Source: Tissierellia bacterium (GTDB lineage: Bacteria; Bacillota; Clostridia; Tissierellales; Tepidimicrobiaceae). From it: a DNA stretch of 48,544 nt. The DNA is taken from the NCBI GenBank assembly GCA_012799055.1, contig JAAZMA010000262.1:1-48544 (forward strand), read 5' to 3'. The notes beneath the pieces were generated by a model. The model worked only from the letters and a program-made list of their open reading frames with translations, was not told the DNA's origin and did not search any database. The translations under genes and the position numbers were made by a program. This document shows, in pieces, positions 9,392 through 18,800 of the stretch (positions within the stretch are counted from its first letter, which is position 1; each line of letters opens with the position of its first letter).

Positions 9392-9420
9392 TTGAATTCA
9401 AAAATTAATTATGGTATATT
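9392..9420 (+). promoter_or_regulatory. Candidate sigma-A promoter with extended -10 (TTGAAT-17 nt-TATATT, TG at -15/-14)
   Basis: TTGAAT at 9392-9397 and TGGTATATT at 9412-9420 with an exact 17-nt spacer. It would give a ~280-nt leader for nfnA. Confidence 0.4.
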
Positions 9421-9707
9421 AAAAATGTACTATTTGTGAAATATATGACATAACTTAGTATTCTAATGGGTTTTAGCATAGGTTTTTTTGATAAATTTAA
9501 GGATAAGACCATTGGAAATATTGATAATATAATAATTTACTATAGATTTTGTCTATGGATAGCACTAGTTTACAGAAGATTTGCTATTTAAAATCAATTT
9601 ATTTATTAGTTCACAATATTATTAGTCATATAAATAACTATTCTTTAATAATTATACAAAATGCTATATAATTAAAATAACAATATTTAGTAAGGGAGGA
9701 GTATTAA

Positions 9708-10586
9708 TTGTATAAAATTGTAGAAAAAAAGGAACTAGCCCCTAATATCTATTCCATGGATATTTTGGCTCCAAGGGTAGCTAATTCTGCCCAACCAGGT
9801 CAGTTTGTGATTGTAATAACTGACGAATCAGGTGAAAGAATTCCTCTAACTATTTGTGATTATGACAAAGAGAAGGGAACAGTTAATATAGTTGTACAGG
9901 CTATGGGCTGTTCTACTAAGAAAATGGTTGCATTGGAAGAAGGGGAATACTTTAAAGATTTTGTAGGTCCCTTAGGAAAACCTTCCGATTATGTAAACAT
10001 GGACTTAGAGGAAGTAAAAAAGAAAAAATATATTTTTGTAGCTGGAGGTGTTGGTGCAGCACCTGTATATCCCCAAGTAAAATGGTTCCATGAGAGAGGT
10101 ATTGATGTAGATGTAATAGTAGGCGCTAAAACTAAAGATTTAGTAATATTAGAAGATAAAATAAAAGAAGTAGCTGGTAATTTATATATTGCAACTGATG
10201 ATGGTAGTTATGGATATAATGGTATGGTTACAGGTTGTTTAGAAGATTTAGTTAAAAATCAAGGTAAAAAATATGATCAATGTATTTCCATAGGACCTAT
10301 GATAATGATGAAATTTGTATCATTACTCACTGAAGAATTGGGGATACCAACAGTAGTAAGCCTTAATCCTATTATGGTAGATGGTACAGGAATGTGTGGT
10401 GCTTGTAGAGTTTCTGTTGGAGATGAAACTAAATTTGCTTGTGTAGATGGGCCAGAATTCGATGGACATCTTGTAGATTTTGATGAAGCATTAAAGAGAC
10501 AAGCTCAATATAAATCAGAGGAAGTAAAATTAGATAAAAAAGTAGAAGAAGATTGTAAGATAGAAGATCAGGGAGGTGCCAAATAA
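9708..10586 (+). CDS. nfnA: NfnA-like FAD/NAD(P)-binding [2Fe-2S] subunit (PyrK/SudB-type; ferredoxin-NADP+ reductase small subunit)
   Basis: 'PGQFVIV...ERIPLTI' FAD-binding barrel, 'FVAGGVGAAPV' nucleotide-binding loop, and C-terminal cluster 'GTGMCGACRV...FACVDGPEF'. TTG start lies 7 nt after AGGGAGGA. The stop overlaps the nfnB start (TAATG). Confidence 0.8.
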   Translation: MYKIVEKKELAPNIYSMDILAPRVANSAQPGQFVIVITDESGERIPLTICDYDKEKGTVNIVVQAMGCSTKKMVALEEGEYFKDFVGPLGKPSDYVNMDLEEVKKKKYIFVAGGVGAAPVYPQVKWFHERGIDVDVIVGAKTKDLVILEDKIKEVAGNLYIATDDGSYGYNGMVTGCLEDLVKNQGKKYDQCISIGPMIMMKFVSLLTEELGIPTVVSLNPIMVDGTGMCGACRVSVGDETKFACVDGPEFDGHLVDFDEALKRQAQYKSEEVKLDKKVEEDCKIEDQGGAK

Positions 10587-11977
10587 TGGATAGATTTACC
10601 AGAACTCCTATTTCCAATCAAGATCCAAAAGTTAGAGCAACAAATTTTGATGAAGTATGTCTTGGATATACAGAAGAAGAGGCAATTAAAGAGGCAAAGC
10701 GATGTATACAATGTAAAAAACCTACTTGTAGACCAAAGTGCCCTGTAAACATTGATATACCTGAATTTATAGGTCATATTGCCCAGGGAGAGTTTGAAGA
10801 AGCTGCCCATTCCCTTGCAAAATACACTGCACTTCCTGCAGTTTGTGGAAGAGTTTGTCCACAAGAAACTCAATGTGAAAGTACATGTATTTTAGGGAAA
10901 AAAGGGGATCCTATAGCCATAGGAAAACTTGAAAGATTTGCAGCAGACTGGGCTAGAAAGAACAATATAGATGTAGGTAAGACTAAGGAGAAAAATGGTT
11001 TTAAAGTTGCAGTAATAGGCTCAGGTCCTGCAGGAATTACTTGTGCAGGAGATTTAGTGAAGGAAGGTTATGATGTTACAATATTTGAAGCCTTACATGA
11101 ACCAGGAGGAGTATTAGTATATGGAATTCCTGAGTTTAGACTTCCTAAAGAAGATGTAGTGAAACCAGAAATAGAAAATTTAAAGAAATTAGGAGTAAAA
11201 ATAGAAACTAATGTAATTGTAGGTAGAACTGTAACCATAGATGATTTAATGGAAAAAGAAGGTTTCCATGCAGTATTTATTGGTTCAGGTGCAGGACTTC
11301 CAATATTTATGGGAATACCTGGCGAAAATTTAAACGGGGTATTTTCAGCAAATGAATTTTTAACTAGAAACAATTTAATGAAGGCCTTTAGAAAAGATTA
11401 TGACACACCTATTAAGGTAGGGGAAAAGGTAGCAGTTATTGGTGGAGGAAATGTGGCTATGGACGCTGCTAGAACTGCCTTAAGACTTGGTGCTGAAGTA
11501 TATATAGTATATAGGAGAACTCAAGAAGAACTTCCAGCTAGAGTAGAAGAAGTCCATCATGCCATGGAAGAAGGAGTTAAGTTTGAATTTTTAACCTCAC
11601 CTGTAGAAGTCATAGGCAATGAAAATGGCTGGGTGAAGGCTATTAGATGTCAGAGAATGGAATTAGGGGAACCAGATGCTTCTGGTAGAAGAAGACCAGT
11701 TCCAATAGAAGGTTCTGAATTTGAATTTGATGTAGATACAGTAATAATGGCATTAGGTACATCACCAAATCCATTAATACCCTCTACTACAGAAGGACTT
11801 GAAATAAACAAATGGCAATGTATTGTTGCAGATGAAAATGGGCAAACTTCTAGAGAAGGAGTATTTGCAGGTGGAGATGCTGTAACTGGCGCTGCCACAG
11901 TAATACTTGCCATGGGTGCAGGAAAAGACGCTGCAGCTGGCATAGACAAATATATAAAAGAAAAATACGGTAAATAA
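10586..11977 (+). CDS. nfnB: NfnB / GltD-like NADPH-dependent oxidoreductase large subunit (homotetrameric glutamate synthase-like)
   Basis: 'CIQCKKPTCRPKCPVNIDIPEFI' and 'CGRVCPQETQCESTC' Fe-S motifs. 'VAVIGSGPAGITCAGDL' and 'VAVIGGGNVAMDAAR' are Rossmann loops. Confidence 0.85.
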   Translation: MDRFTRTPISNQDPKVRATNFDEVCLGYTEEEAIKEAKRCIQCKKPTCRPKCPVNIDIPEFIGHIAQGEFEEAAHSLAKYTALPAVCGRVCPQETQCESTCILGKKGDPIAIGKLERFAADWARKNNIDVGKTKEKNGFKVAVIGSGPAGITCAGDLVKEGYDVTIFEALHEPGGVLVYGIPEFRLPKEDVVKPEIENLKKLGVKIETNVIVGRTVTIDDLMEKEGFHAVFIGSGAGLPIFMGIPGENLNGVFSANEFLTRNNLMKAFRKDYDTPIKVGEKVAVIGGGNVAMDAARTALRLGAEVYIVYRRTQEELPARVEEVHHAMEEGVKFEFLTSPVEVIGNENGWVKAIRCQRMELGEPDASGRRRPVPIEGSEFEFDVDTVIMALGTSPNPLIPSTTEGLEINKWQCIVADENGQTSREGVFAGGDAVTGAATVILAMGAGKDAAAGIDKYIKEKYGK

Positions 11978-12003
11978 AAAAGATACAAATTATATTAAAT
12001 AAG

Positions 12004-12042
12004 GACTATAAACTATTAATTAATAGTTTATAGTCTTTATTT
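12004..12042 (+). terminator. Rho-independent terminator after nfnB
   Basis: Perfect 32-bp palindrome GACTATAAACTATTAA / TTAATAGTTTATAGTC followed by TTTATTTG. Confidence 0.8.
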
Positions 12043-12127
12043 GTCTAAAGAAGAATTAAATTTGAATATTGTTAATTTTATGCTATAATATTTAGAGTAT
12101 CGAAATTAATTTTGTGAGGTGGTACTT

Positions 12128-13498
12128 ATGGATGAGTGTCATAGTAGTAAAAATGCAATAAGAGACACAGTACTTAAAACTGCAGGGCCTGTATTAATAG
12201 AAGTGTTTTTAGGTACCCTTTTTGGCATGGTAGATATGATGATGTTAGGGAGAATTGCCAATCCAGGGGAAGCAGCTGCATCTATTGCAGCAGTAGGGAT
12301 TACAAATCAGGTAGTATTTATTGCATTATCTTTAGTTCAATCTCTAAATGTAGGTGCAACAGCCATGGTGGCTAGATATGTGGGAGCAAACAAAGAAGAT
12401 AGAATTGAATCTGTAGTAAGACATGTAATATTACTTACTCAAGTCTTATTAGTATTGCCTATATTTATATTAGGACTACTTTATTCAGATAAAATAATGA
12501 AATTATTAGGTGCACATAGTGATACCTTAATGTTTGGAAGTAATTATTTTAAAGTAATAATAATTGGACTTATTTTTCAAGCTTTTAATTTTTCCATATA
12601 TGCAGTACTTAGGGGAGCAGGGGACACTAAAACTCCTATGAATATTAATATTAAGGTAAATTCTTTAAATGTAATAGGAAATGCAATACTTATTTATGGT
12701 TTATTTGGTTTTCCAAAATTGGGAGTCACAGGAGCGGGGATTTCTACTAGCTTTTCTCAAATGATAGCTTCCATATTGTTAATTAGACACATTTTGAAAA
12801 AAAATACTATTATTCAAATAGATTTAAAAAAAAGATTTAAATTTAATAAAGACATAATGTACAATTTAATCAAAATTGGTATACCTGCATCTTTAGAACA
12901 AATTGCCTTTAGAGTAGGGATTTTAATTTTTGTTCGCATTGTTTCTTCTTTAGGAACTGTAGCTTTTGCTACTCATCAAATATGTTTAAATATATTAAGT
13001 CTTTCCTTTACACCGGGACAAGCCTTTGGTATAGCAGCATCTTCTTTAACAGGTCGAAGCCTTGGGGCAAAGGATTCAGATTTAGCAGAAGAATATATTA
13101 AAACCAGTGGTAGAATTGGTGCCATAATTGCCACTATTATAGGTGTAATATTCTTTTTCTTTGGCTCTTTTATTGCTAGTTTATATACAAAAGACCCACA
13201 AGTAATAAAGGAAGCTACAAAAATACTTAAAGTAATGGCTTTTGTGCAGCCTTTTCAATCCTCTCAATTAATTACTGCTGGTGGTCTTAGGGGAGCAGGA
13301 GATACAGTATGGACATTAGTTGCCATATTTTTCTCAGTATTAATTATAAGAGTGGTTTTAGCCTATTTATTTATAATAAAACTAGAATTAGGTTTAATAG
13401 GTGCCTGGTATGCTATGTTCTGTGATCAATTTGTAAGATGGGCTTTAATAAAATTAAGATTTAAAACTAATAAGTGGAAATATATTAATATTAGATAA
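12128..13498 (+). CDS. MATE family efflux transporter (second copy in the window)
   Basis: About 12 hydrophobic helices, with 'LRGAGDTKTPM' and 'LRGAGDTVW' MATE repeat motifs. The ATG at 12128 lies 5 nt after GAGGTGG; the listed GTG at 12119 sits inside that SD. Confidence 0.9.
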   Translation: MDECHSSKNAIRDTVLKTAGPVLIEVFLGTLFGMVDMMMLGRIANPGEAAASIAAVGITNQVVFIALSLVQSLNVGATAMVARYVGANKEDRIESVVRHVILLTQVLLVLPIFILGLLYSDKIMKLLGAHSDTLMFGSNYFKVIIIGLIFQAFNFSIYAVLRGAGDTKTPMNINIKVNSLNVIGNAILIYGLFGFPKLGVTGAGISTSFSQMIASILLIRHILKKNTIIQIDLKKRFKFNKDIMYNLIKIGIPASLEQIAFRVGILIFVRIVSSLGTVAFATHQICLNILSLSFTPGQAFGIAASSLTGRSLGAKDSDLAEEYIKTSGRIGAIIATIIGVIFFFFGSFIASLYTKDPQVIKEATKILKVMAFVQPFQSSQLITAGGLRGAGDTVWTLVAIFFSVLIIRVVLAYLFIIKLELGLIGAWYAMFCDQFVRWALIKLRFKTNKWKYINIR

Positions 13499-13519
13499 TA
13501 TTTTAATTGTATTACAAAT

Positions 13520-13558
13520 AACTACCCTTTTTAAGGCCTGGCCCTAGAAAGGGTAGTT
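13520..13558. terminator. Bidirectional hairpin between convergent genes; it overlaps the last 9 codons of the minus-strand flavoprotein gene
   Basis: Stem AACTACCCTTT / AAAGGGTAGTT with an internally self-complementary loop (AGGCCTGGCCCT). T-rich sequence follows on the plus strand. Confidence 0.65.
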
Positions 13559-14583
13559 ATTTTTATAGCAAAATCCTTGGCCTCTTTTTCTATATTGGGT
13601 ATATTTAAAATCGCACCTTTATCATTAGCTGTAGCCATTAAGGAAAAGTATGGAGGTAGTCTAAAGGTTTTGTTTATATTTAAACTACTAATTAATTGTT
13701 TGGCTAAGGCATCTCCACCAGAATGGCCAGAGACTATAATGGAAAATATGCTTTTATTAAAAAATTTTGTCTTTCTATATAGGGCAGTAAGCCTATTAAT
13801 TAAGGCTACTATATTTGCCCCAAGCATATCATTATAATTTGGACAAATAAATACTAAAATGTCGGATTCTAATATAGCTGGATACACTTCTTCTACTACT
13901 ATTCCGCCGTAAAAACATTTCATTTCACTTCCAAAATATTTACAGGTTTTATAGGGACATCCTTTACAATCTACAATATTTCCATTGCCTATATTTATTT
14001 CTTGAATTTCCATATCTAAATTAGATTTTACCATATCCCATAATGTTAAAGTGTTGGAAGTTGCACGATTACTAGAGTGTAATGCTAATAATTTTGGATT
14101 TTTTATATATGAAACCTTATCATTTACAAATCTCTCTCCTAATTCTCTACATTGATATAGACAGATTTCTTCTAAATCCATATTATAAACTTTTTTTAAG
14201 GGAATAAGATTGTCTAAATTTCCAGTGGCTTCAACCATAGGTCGCCCTACAAATCTACAACCTAATAAATTAGCTTTAAATATTATAGATTGAGCAGCTG
14301 TTTTGGTAAATAATTGATAATTACTATGGATTAATACTATGGCACTGGAACCATATAGGGCATCATTTCCCCTTAGGAATAATTTTTGAAATATATTATT
14401 TAAATTGCTGCTTTCTCCAGTTATAGGTAATTCTATTGCAAAAATAATTCTTTTATTTCTTAAATCTGGCAATTCACCATGGGGCTCAACTATTATATAA
14501 GGAATGCCTTCTAAAGTATTATCTATCATTTTATTTAAAAATGGAGAAGGTTTTTCAGGTAGAATTAAACAATATTCTATCAT
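13531..14583 (-). CDS. Two-domain flavodoxin-fold protein. The C-terminal half is NADPH-dependent FMN reductase / iron-sulfur flavoprotein (Isf)-like with a compact 4-Cys motif
   Basis: C-terminal half: 'LLALHSSNRATSNT' (FMN phosphate loop GSxRxxSxT type), 'DCKGCPYKTCKYFGSEMKC' (CX2CX4CX8C) and 'ILVFICPNYNDMLGANIVALINR'. The N-terminal ~165 aa looks like a degenerate flavodoxin-like domain. The start overlaps the upstream stop (ATGA). Confidence 0.6.
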   Translation of the reverse strand: MIEYCLILPEKPSPFLNKMIDNTLEGIPYIIVEPHGELPDLRNKRIIFAIELPITGESSNLNNIFQKLFLRGNDALYGSSAIVLIHSNYQLFTKTAAQSIIFKANLLGCRFVGRPMVEATGNLDNLIPLKKVYNMDLEEICLYQCRELGERFVNDKVSYIKNPKLLALHSSNRATSNTLTLWDMVKSNLDMEIQEINIGNGNIVDCKGCPYKTCKYFGSEMKCFYGGIVVEEVYPAILESDILVFICPNYNDMLGANIVALINRLTALYRKTKFFNKSIFSIIVSGHSGGDALAKQLISSLNINKTFRLPPYFSLMATANDKGAILNIPNIEKEAKDFAIKITTLSRARP

Positions 14584-15830
14584 ATAATACTCACTAGCCT
14601 TTCATAAGTGTTATTTATTTTTTTGAACAAAGCCTTTGGCAAAGGCAATTGCTCTATTTCTATTTGATTATTTTTTAATCTACATTTAGAACCTATATAT
14701 GCCTCTCCCATATAGGTGGAACCATAAAACCAATCCCCTTTAATAGTTGAAATTATAGACAAGGCTCCAGAAGACAAACTAGGTGCCACATAGGGTTTAT
14801 AGCCTAATTTCCGAACTTCCTTATTAGCATTAATTGTTTTTTCAGTTAAATAATTGGATAGTTCTTCATTGTAGTTTTTTATACTATTGGCTATTATAAG
14901 ACCTTCACCATGGGGGCCGAAGGCTCTACCTTCATCTAAATAATGGGTAGTTTCATTAGATTTTTCTCCATAGTATGAAGCCCTTCCATTCATAACCCCT
15001 AGACCATAACCTATAATTTGATTGGAAGCTAGTCCCTTAAAATCAAAATCTCCATTTTCATCTTTATTGCTTTCTAAAAAAACTACTTTACATAGTAAGT
15101 CCACTGGATCCGATACTACTGCAAAAATTCCTTTGAAATTTTTTTCCCTTGCTAAAAAGGCGTATTCCTTAATAATTTCTGAATTACTATTAAATTGAGC
15201 CATTCTTACATCCTCCACTGGACTACCTACTGGTGGTATTCCTTTGGAGGCACAAAATACAAACATATCACAATTAAACAAATTTTCCTTATCTATTATA
15301 TTTACTGGTGGAAAGGCCTTTTCATGGAAGGGTTTTCTAATTTGATTTAATTCATATTCCCATCTTTGTAGCCGATTTGGATTTCTATCATAAATTCCAA
15401 TATTCTCTATAGTTTCTTCACCTAATAGTCTTAATCCTATGGCTAAAGTACTACCTACATCTCCCAATGCTAATAGATTTATCTTCCATTTTCTTTTAGT
15501 TTCTAAATTTAAGACATTTTCCCAATTTGGGTATTTAGTGTTTATAGATATTACCATGTCTTGATTAATTTTTTCTATTATCCAATTTGGTACTTTGCTT
15601 GAATAATTTTCATTGTCCAAAAGTAATAGATGAATACCTTCTTCTCTATTAAACAATAGGGAAGGGTGATTTATTAAATAGCTTTGCCTAGATTTCAAAG
15701 GCTCTATTCTATTTAGGAAATAAAGTTTTCCACTATTAGATTTGGCTTCTTCTTCACTAATAGTATGAAAATTTCTATACTCATAAAGGGAGAAGAAATA
15801 TTCGCCCCTGTATTTGTAATAATTAAACAT
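14580..15830 (-). CDS. Lactate/malate dehydrogenase-family Rossmann protein with a ~115-aa N-terminal extension and atypical substrate-site residues
   Basis: 'KINLLALGDVGSTLAIGL' (GxGxxG type), 'IGIYDRN' (acidic residue after beta-2), 'MFVFCAS', 'VVSDPVDLL' (= VSNPVD), 'GVMNGRASYY' and 'FGPHGEG' (= GEHG catalytic His). Confidence 0.65.
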   Translation of the reverse strand: MFNYYKYRGEYFFSLYEYRNFHTISEEEAKSNSGKLYFLNRIEPLKSRQSYLINHPSLLFNREEGIHLLLLDNENYSSKVPNWIIEKINQDMVISINTKYPNWENVLNLETKRKWKINLLALGDVGSTLAIGLRLLGEETIENIGIYDRNPNRLQRWEYELNQIRKPFHEKAFPPVNIIDKENLFNCDMFVFCASKGIPPVGSPVEDVRMAQFNSNSEIIKEYAFLAREKNFKGIFAVVSDPVDLLCKVVFLESNKDENGDFDFKGLASNQIIGYGLGVMNGRASYYGEKSNETTHYLDEGRAFGPHGEGLIIANSIKNYNEELSNYLTEKTINANKEVRKLGYKPYVAPSLSSGALSIISTIKGDWFYGSTYMGEAYIGSKCRLKNNQIEIEQLPLPKALFKKINNTYERLVSII

Positions 15831-15837
15831 ATTATCC

Positions 15838-18800
15838 CTACTTTCTATTTAAATCTTTATGAATTATATTTTCAATTCTTATTAAATGTTCCAAATCCCC
15901 TTCTAGACAAGCTGAAGGTTTTTGATTTCCATAGTATTCCATAGACTTATAGGTATCTGGTCTTCTTGGGGAGGTTAATACTTCACCTAAATTTCTTATG
16001 ATTAAACTTTTTTCATTAATTTCTTGATATACTTGTTCTATTGATTTAAATATTTCTATTGCATTAATTAAGCAGGTTTCTGATAAATTATATATGGCTT
16101 TTGCAGTAGTGTTTTTTATAAAAGATGGAGAGGCATAGGGAAGAATTAAATTGATACTAGGAATTAAATTATCATAATCAGTACCTTCCCTATAGACCAT
16201 ATCTCCACCTATAAATGGGTATTGATCTGATTCGTTAAACCAAATTTTTAAATTAGGTACAAAATAAGCAGCATCTACATCTAGATTTTTAATATCTCCA
16301 ATTTCTTTGCCACGGCCTGTAAGTATTCCAACTATAACTTTATTAATATCTATATTAGCTTTTTTTATAATAGGTTCTATTACATTTAATCGATAGCCTT
16401 TATGCAGTAAATCATCTACTAAAATCATTGGTCTATTAAAGGATTTAAAAACTTTAGCCTGATTTTCTAAACTTAAATAATTTGGATAGGCAGCAATAGT
16501 AAAATCAGTAATCATTGGATTAAATATTTTCTCAGTATGCATAGTTTTTGTAACAGTGTTTGGCAAAATCATTCCATTTAGTATAGAACCAAAGGGTACA
16601 CAAATATTTGGGCCAAGGGTTCTTACTTCTTTCTGTAATATAGATACTTTATTGGCATCGCAAATTTTTTGTATTAATTTACTATATATCATATCTTCAT
16701 TAAAGGATAATAAAAGTTCTCCAGGATATAAACTAGATAATACCTCCTTTAAAGCTTTTCTAGATTTTCTAATGGTTTCTTGAATTTGAGGATTACTATC
16801 ATAAGGTGGTTTTAATAGATTTCCCAAATCTTGATTTAATGTCATAGGATTGTTCATATCCACTATAAATAAAGGACTATTATTGTAGTTAAAAGGGGTT
16901 TCTATAAAGCCTTGGATTTTCAAGCTTTCTTCTAGCTCTTTTCTGTTTTTATAACTTAAAGCATTTTTAAATAGGGCATAATTGTAATCATTTGCTATAA
17001 TATATGCTAAAGTTTCATTTAATACAGTTTCAATTAAATAGTCATCGGTATATTTAGTGTATATACCAGATAAAACAACTAATTTTCCCCTTGAATGAAT
17101 TCTTAGATATTGTGTTATATCCCTATTTTTAAATTCCTCAAATAACAAACTAGAGGGAACCCAATAAAATGTAGAAAATCCTAATATGGAATTGTCCTCT
17201 GTGTTTTTTACCAACAAAATTCTATATTCCAATTTATTTCTTAATTCATAAAGGGCTTCCATATACAATTCATGTCCAAATTTTTTCTCTAAATATTCTA
17301 TAAAATTGTCATTTAAATCCTCAATTATTTCAATTTCAATAGTTTTAGTTTGAACTAAAGATTTATACTGAGGTTCTCTCAAATATAGACCATATCTATA
17401 AATATATTGCTGAGCCAATGGGTCAACCTGTTTGGAAATATCCCTATTTAAATCTATAAAATTTCGAATTTGAGTAGAAGAAATATCTTCATATTGAGGA
17501 GGTAGACTTAAAATAAGCACATCTCCCTTTAAATTTTCAAGTCTTTTTTCTAATAGTATATCCTCGTTTTCTTTAGATTGTTGAGATTTTCTATCAAATA
17601 TTATATGAGATAATTTATTTAATTCTCCTTCTCTTTCATAGGCAGAAGCGTTGATTAATACATCAGTACCTACTACCATATAGACTTGTCTATTTCCAAA
17701 TAAATCTTGTAATTTTAGCAAATCCTCATCATTACTAATATTAATTGGAATTTCACTGGGAAAAAGAAATATATCTTTTTCTTGGGCTATGGTCATATTT
17801 ACAATATCTCTTCTAAATTTGTGAGGTTGGGTCCTTTTAGACCAGGAAAATTCATCTACTGCTAAATATACTTCAAATCCCAAATCTCTAATTTCCAGGG
17901 CAATTTCCTTATGACTTAGTGAAAAAGGGTCAAAGCTTCCAGGGAAAAATGCTACTTTGTCTTTGCTACTCATTTCTATATTTCCATGGTAAAATTCATA
18001 ATCTAGTATAAATCTATAAACATGATTTAAAGAAGCAGAATTATTTAAAAATAGAAATTTATCTTCTTCTTTTTGTGGTAATAGTGTAAACATTTTTTTG
18101 CCAATTAGTGTAAAAATATTATGTTTTTCTGTTAATAATAGATTATTGGAATTAAGTACTTGACTCCCAAGTATTCTAAAGGCTTCAGTTTTTATTTCTT
18201 TATCATAAGATCCCATACCACTTAATAGTATTCCTAATAATCGATATAGCCTTTCTTCATATACATTTTCATCCTCTTTAAATCTATCTTTATACTTAGG
18301 ATAATGTTCTATACATATTCCAGTGGTTCTTAAAAGCAAAAATACTATTTGAGTATTTGATTGTTTAATTTTTTCTTCAAAATCATCTATTATTTCATCT
18401 AATTCAGTAGGCTGTAAATATAACAATAGTTGACCTAGATAATCTGGTATATATTTGGTAAATTGGTAATTTTGCATTTCTAAAGCTCTTAACAATTCAA
18501 CGGCAATATCATTTCTTTCTCCTAAGGACAAAAATTCAAATATATTTAATAGAGTATGTCCTGCATAATTGCGAACCTTTTCTACTGCTGAAACCTTTAA
18601 TAAATTACAAAAATGCATACCAGTATGAAGTCCTGTAGTATCTGGAAATTTTTTAACTTGGTCATAAAGTATATCTATATTTACTTTTTTGTTCATCCAA
18701 TCAGTGGCAGTTTTAAGATTATTTAAAAATATTTCTTGGATATTTTCTTCATCTTTTTCATAATTATACTTAAGTGTTTTTAATATTTTTTTCTCTAGAT

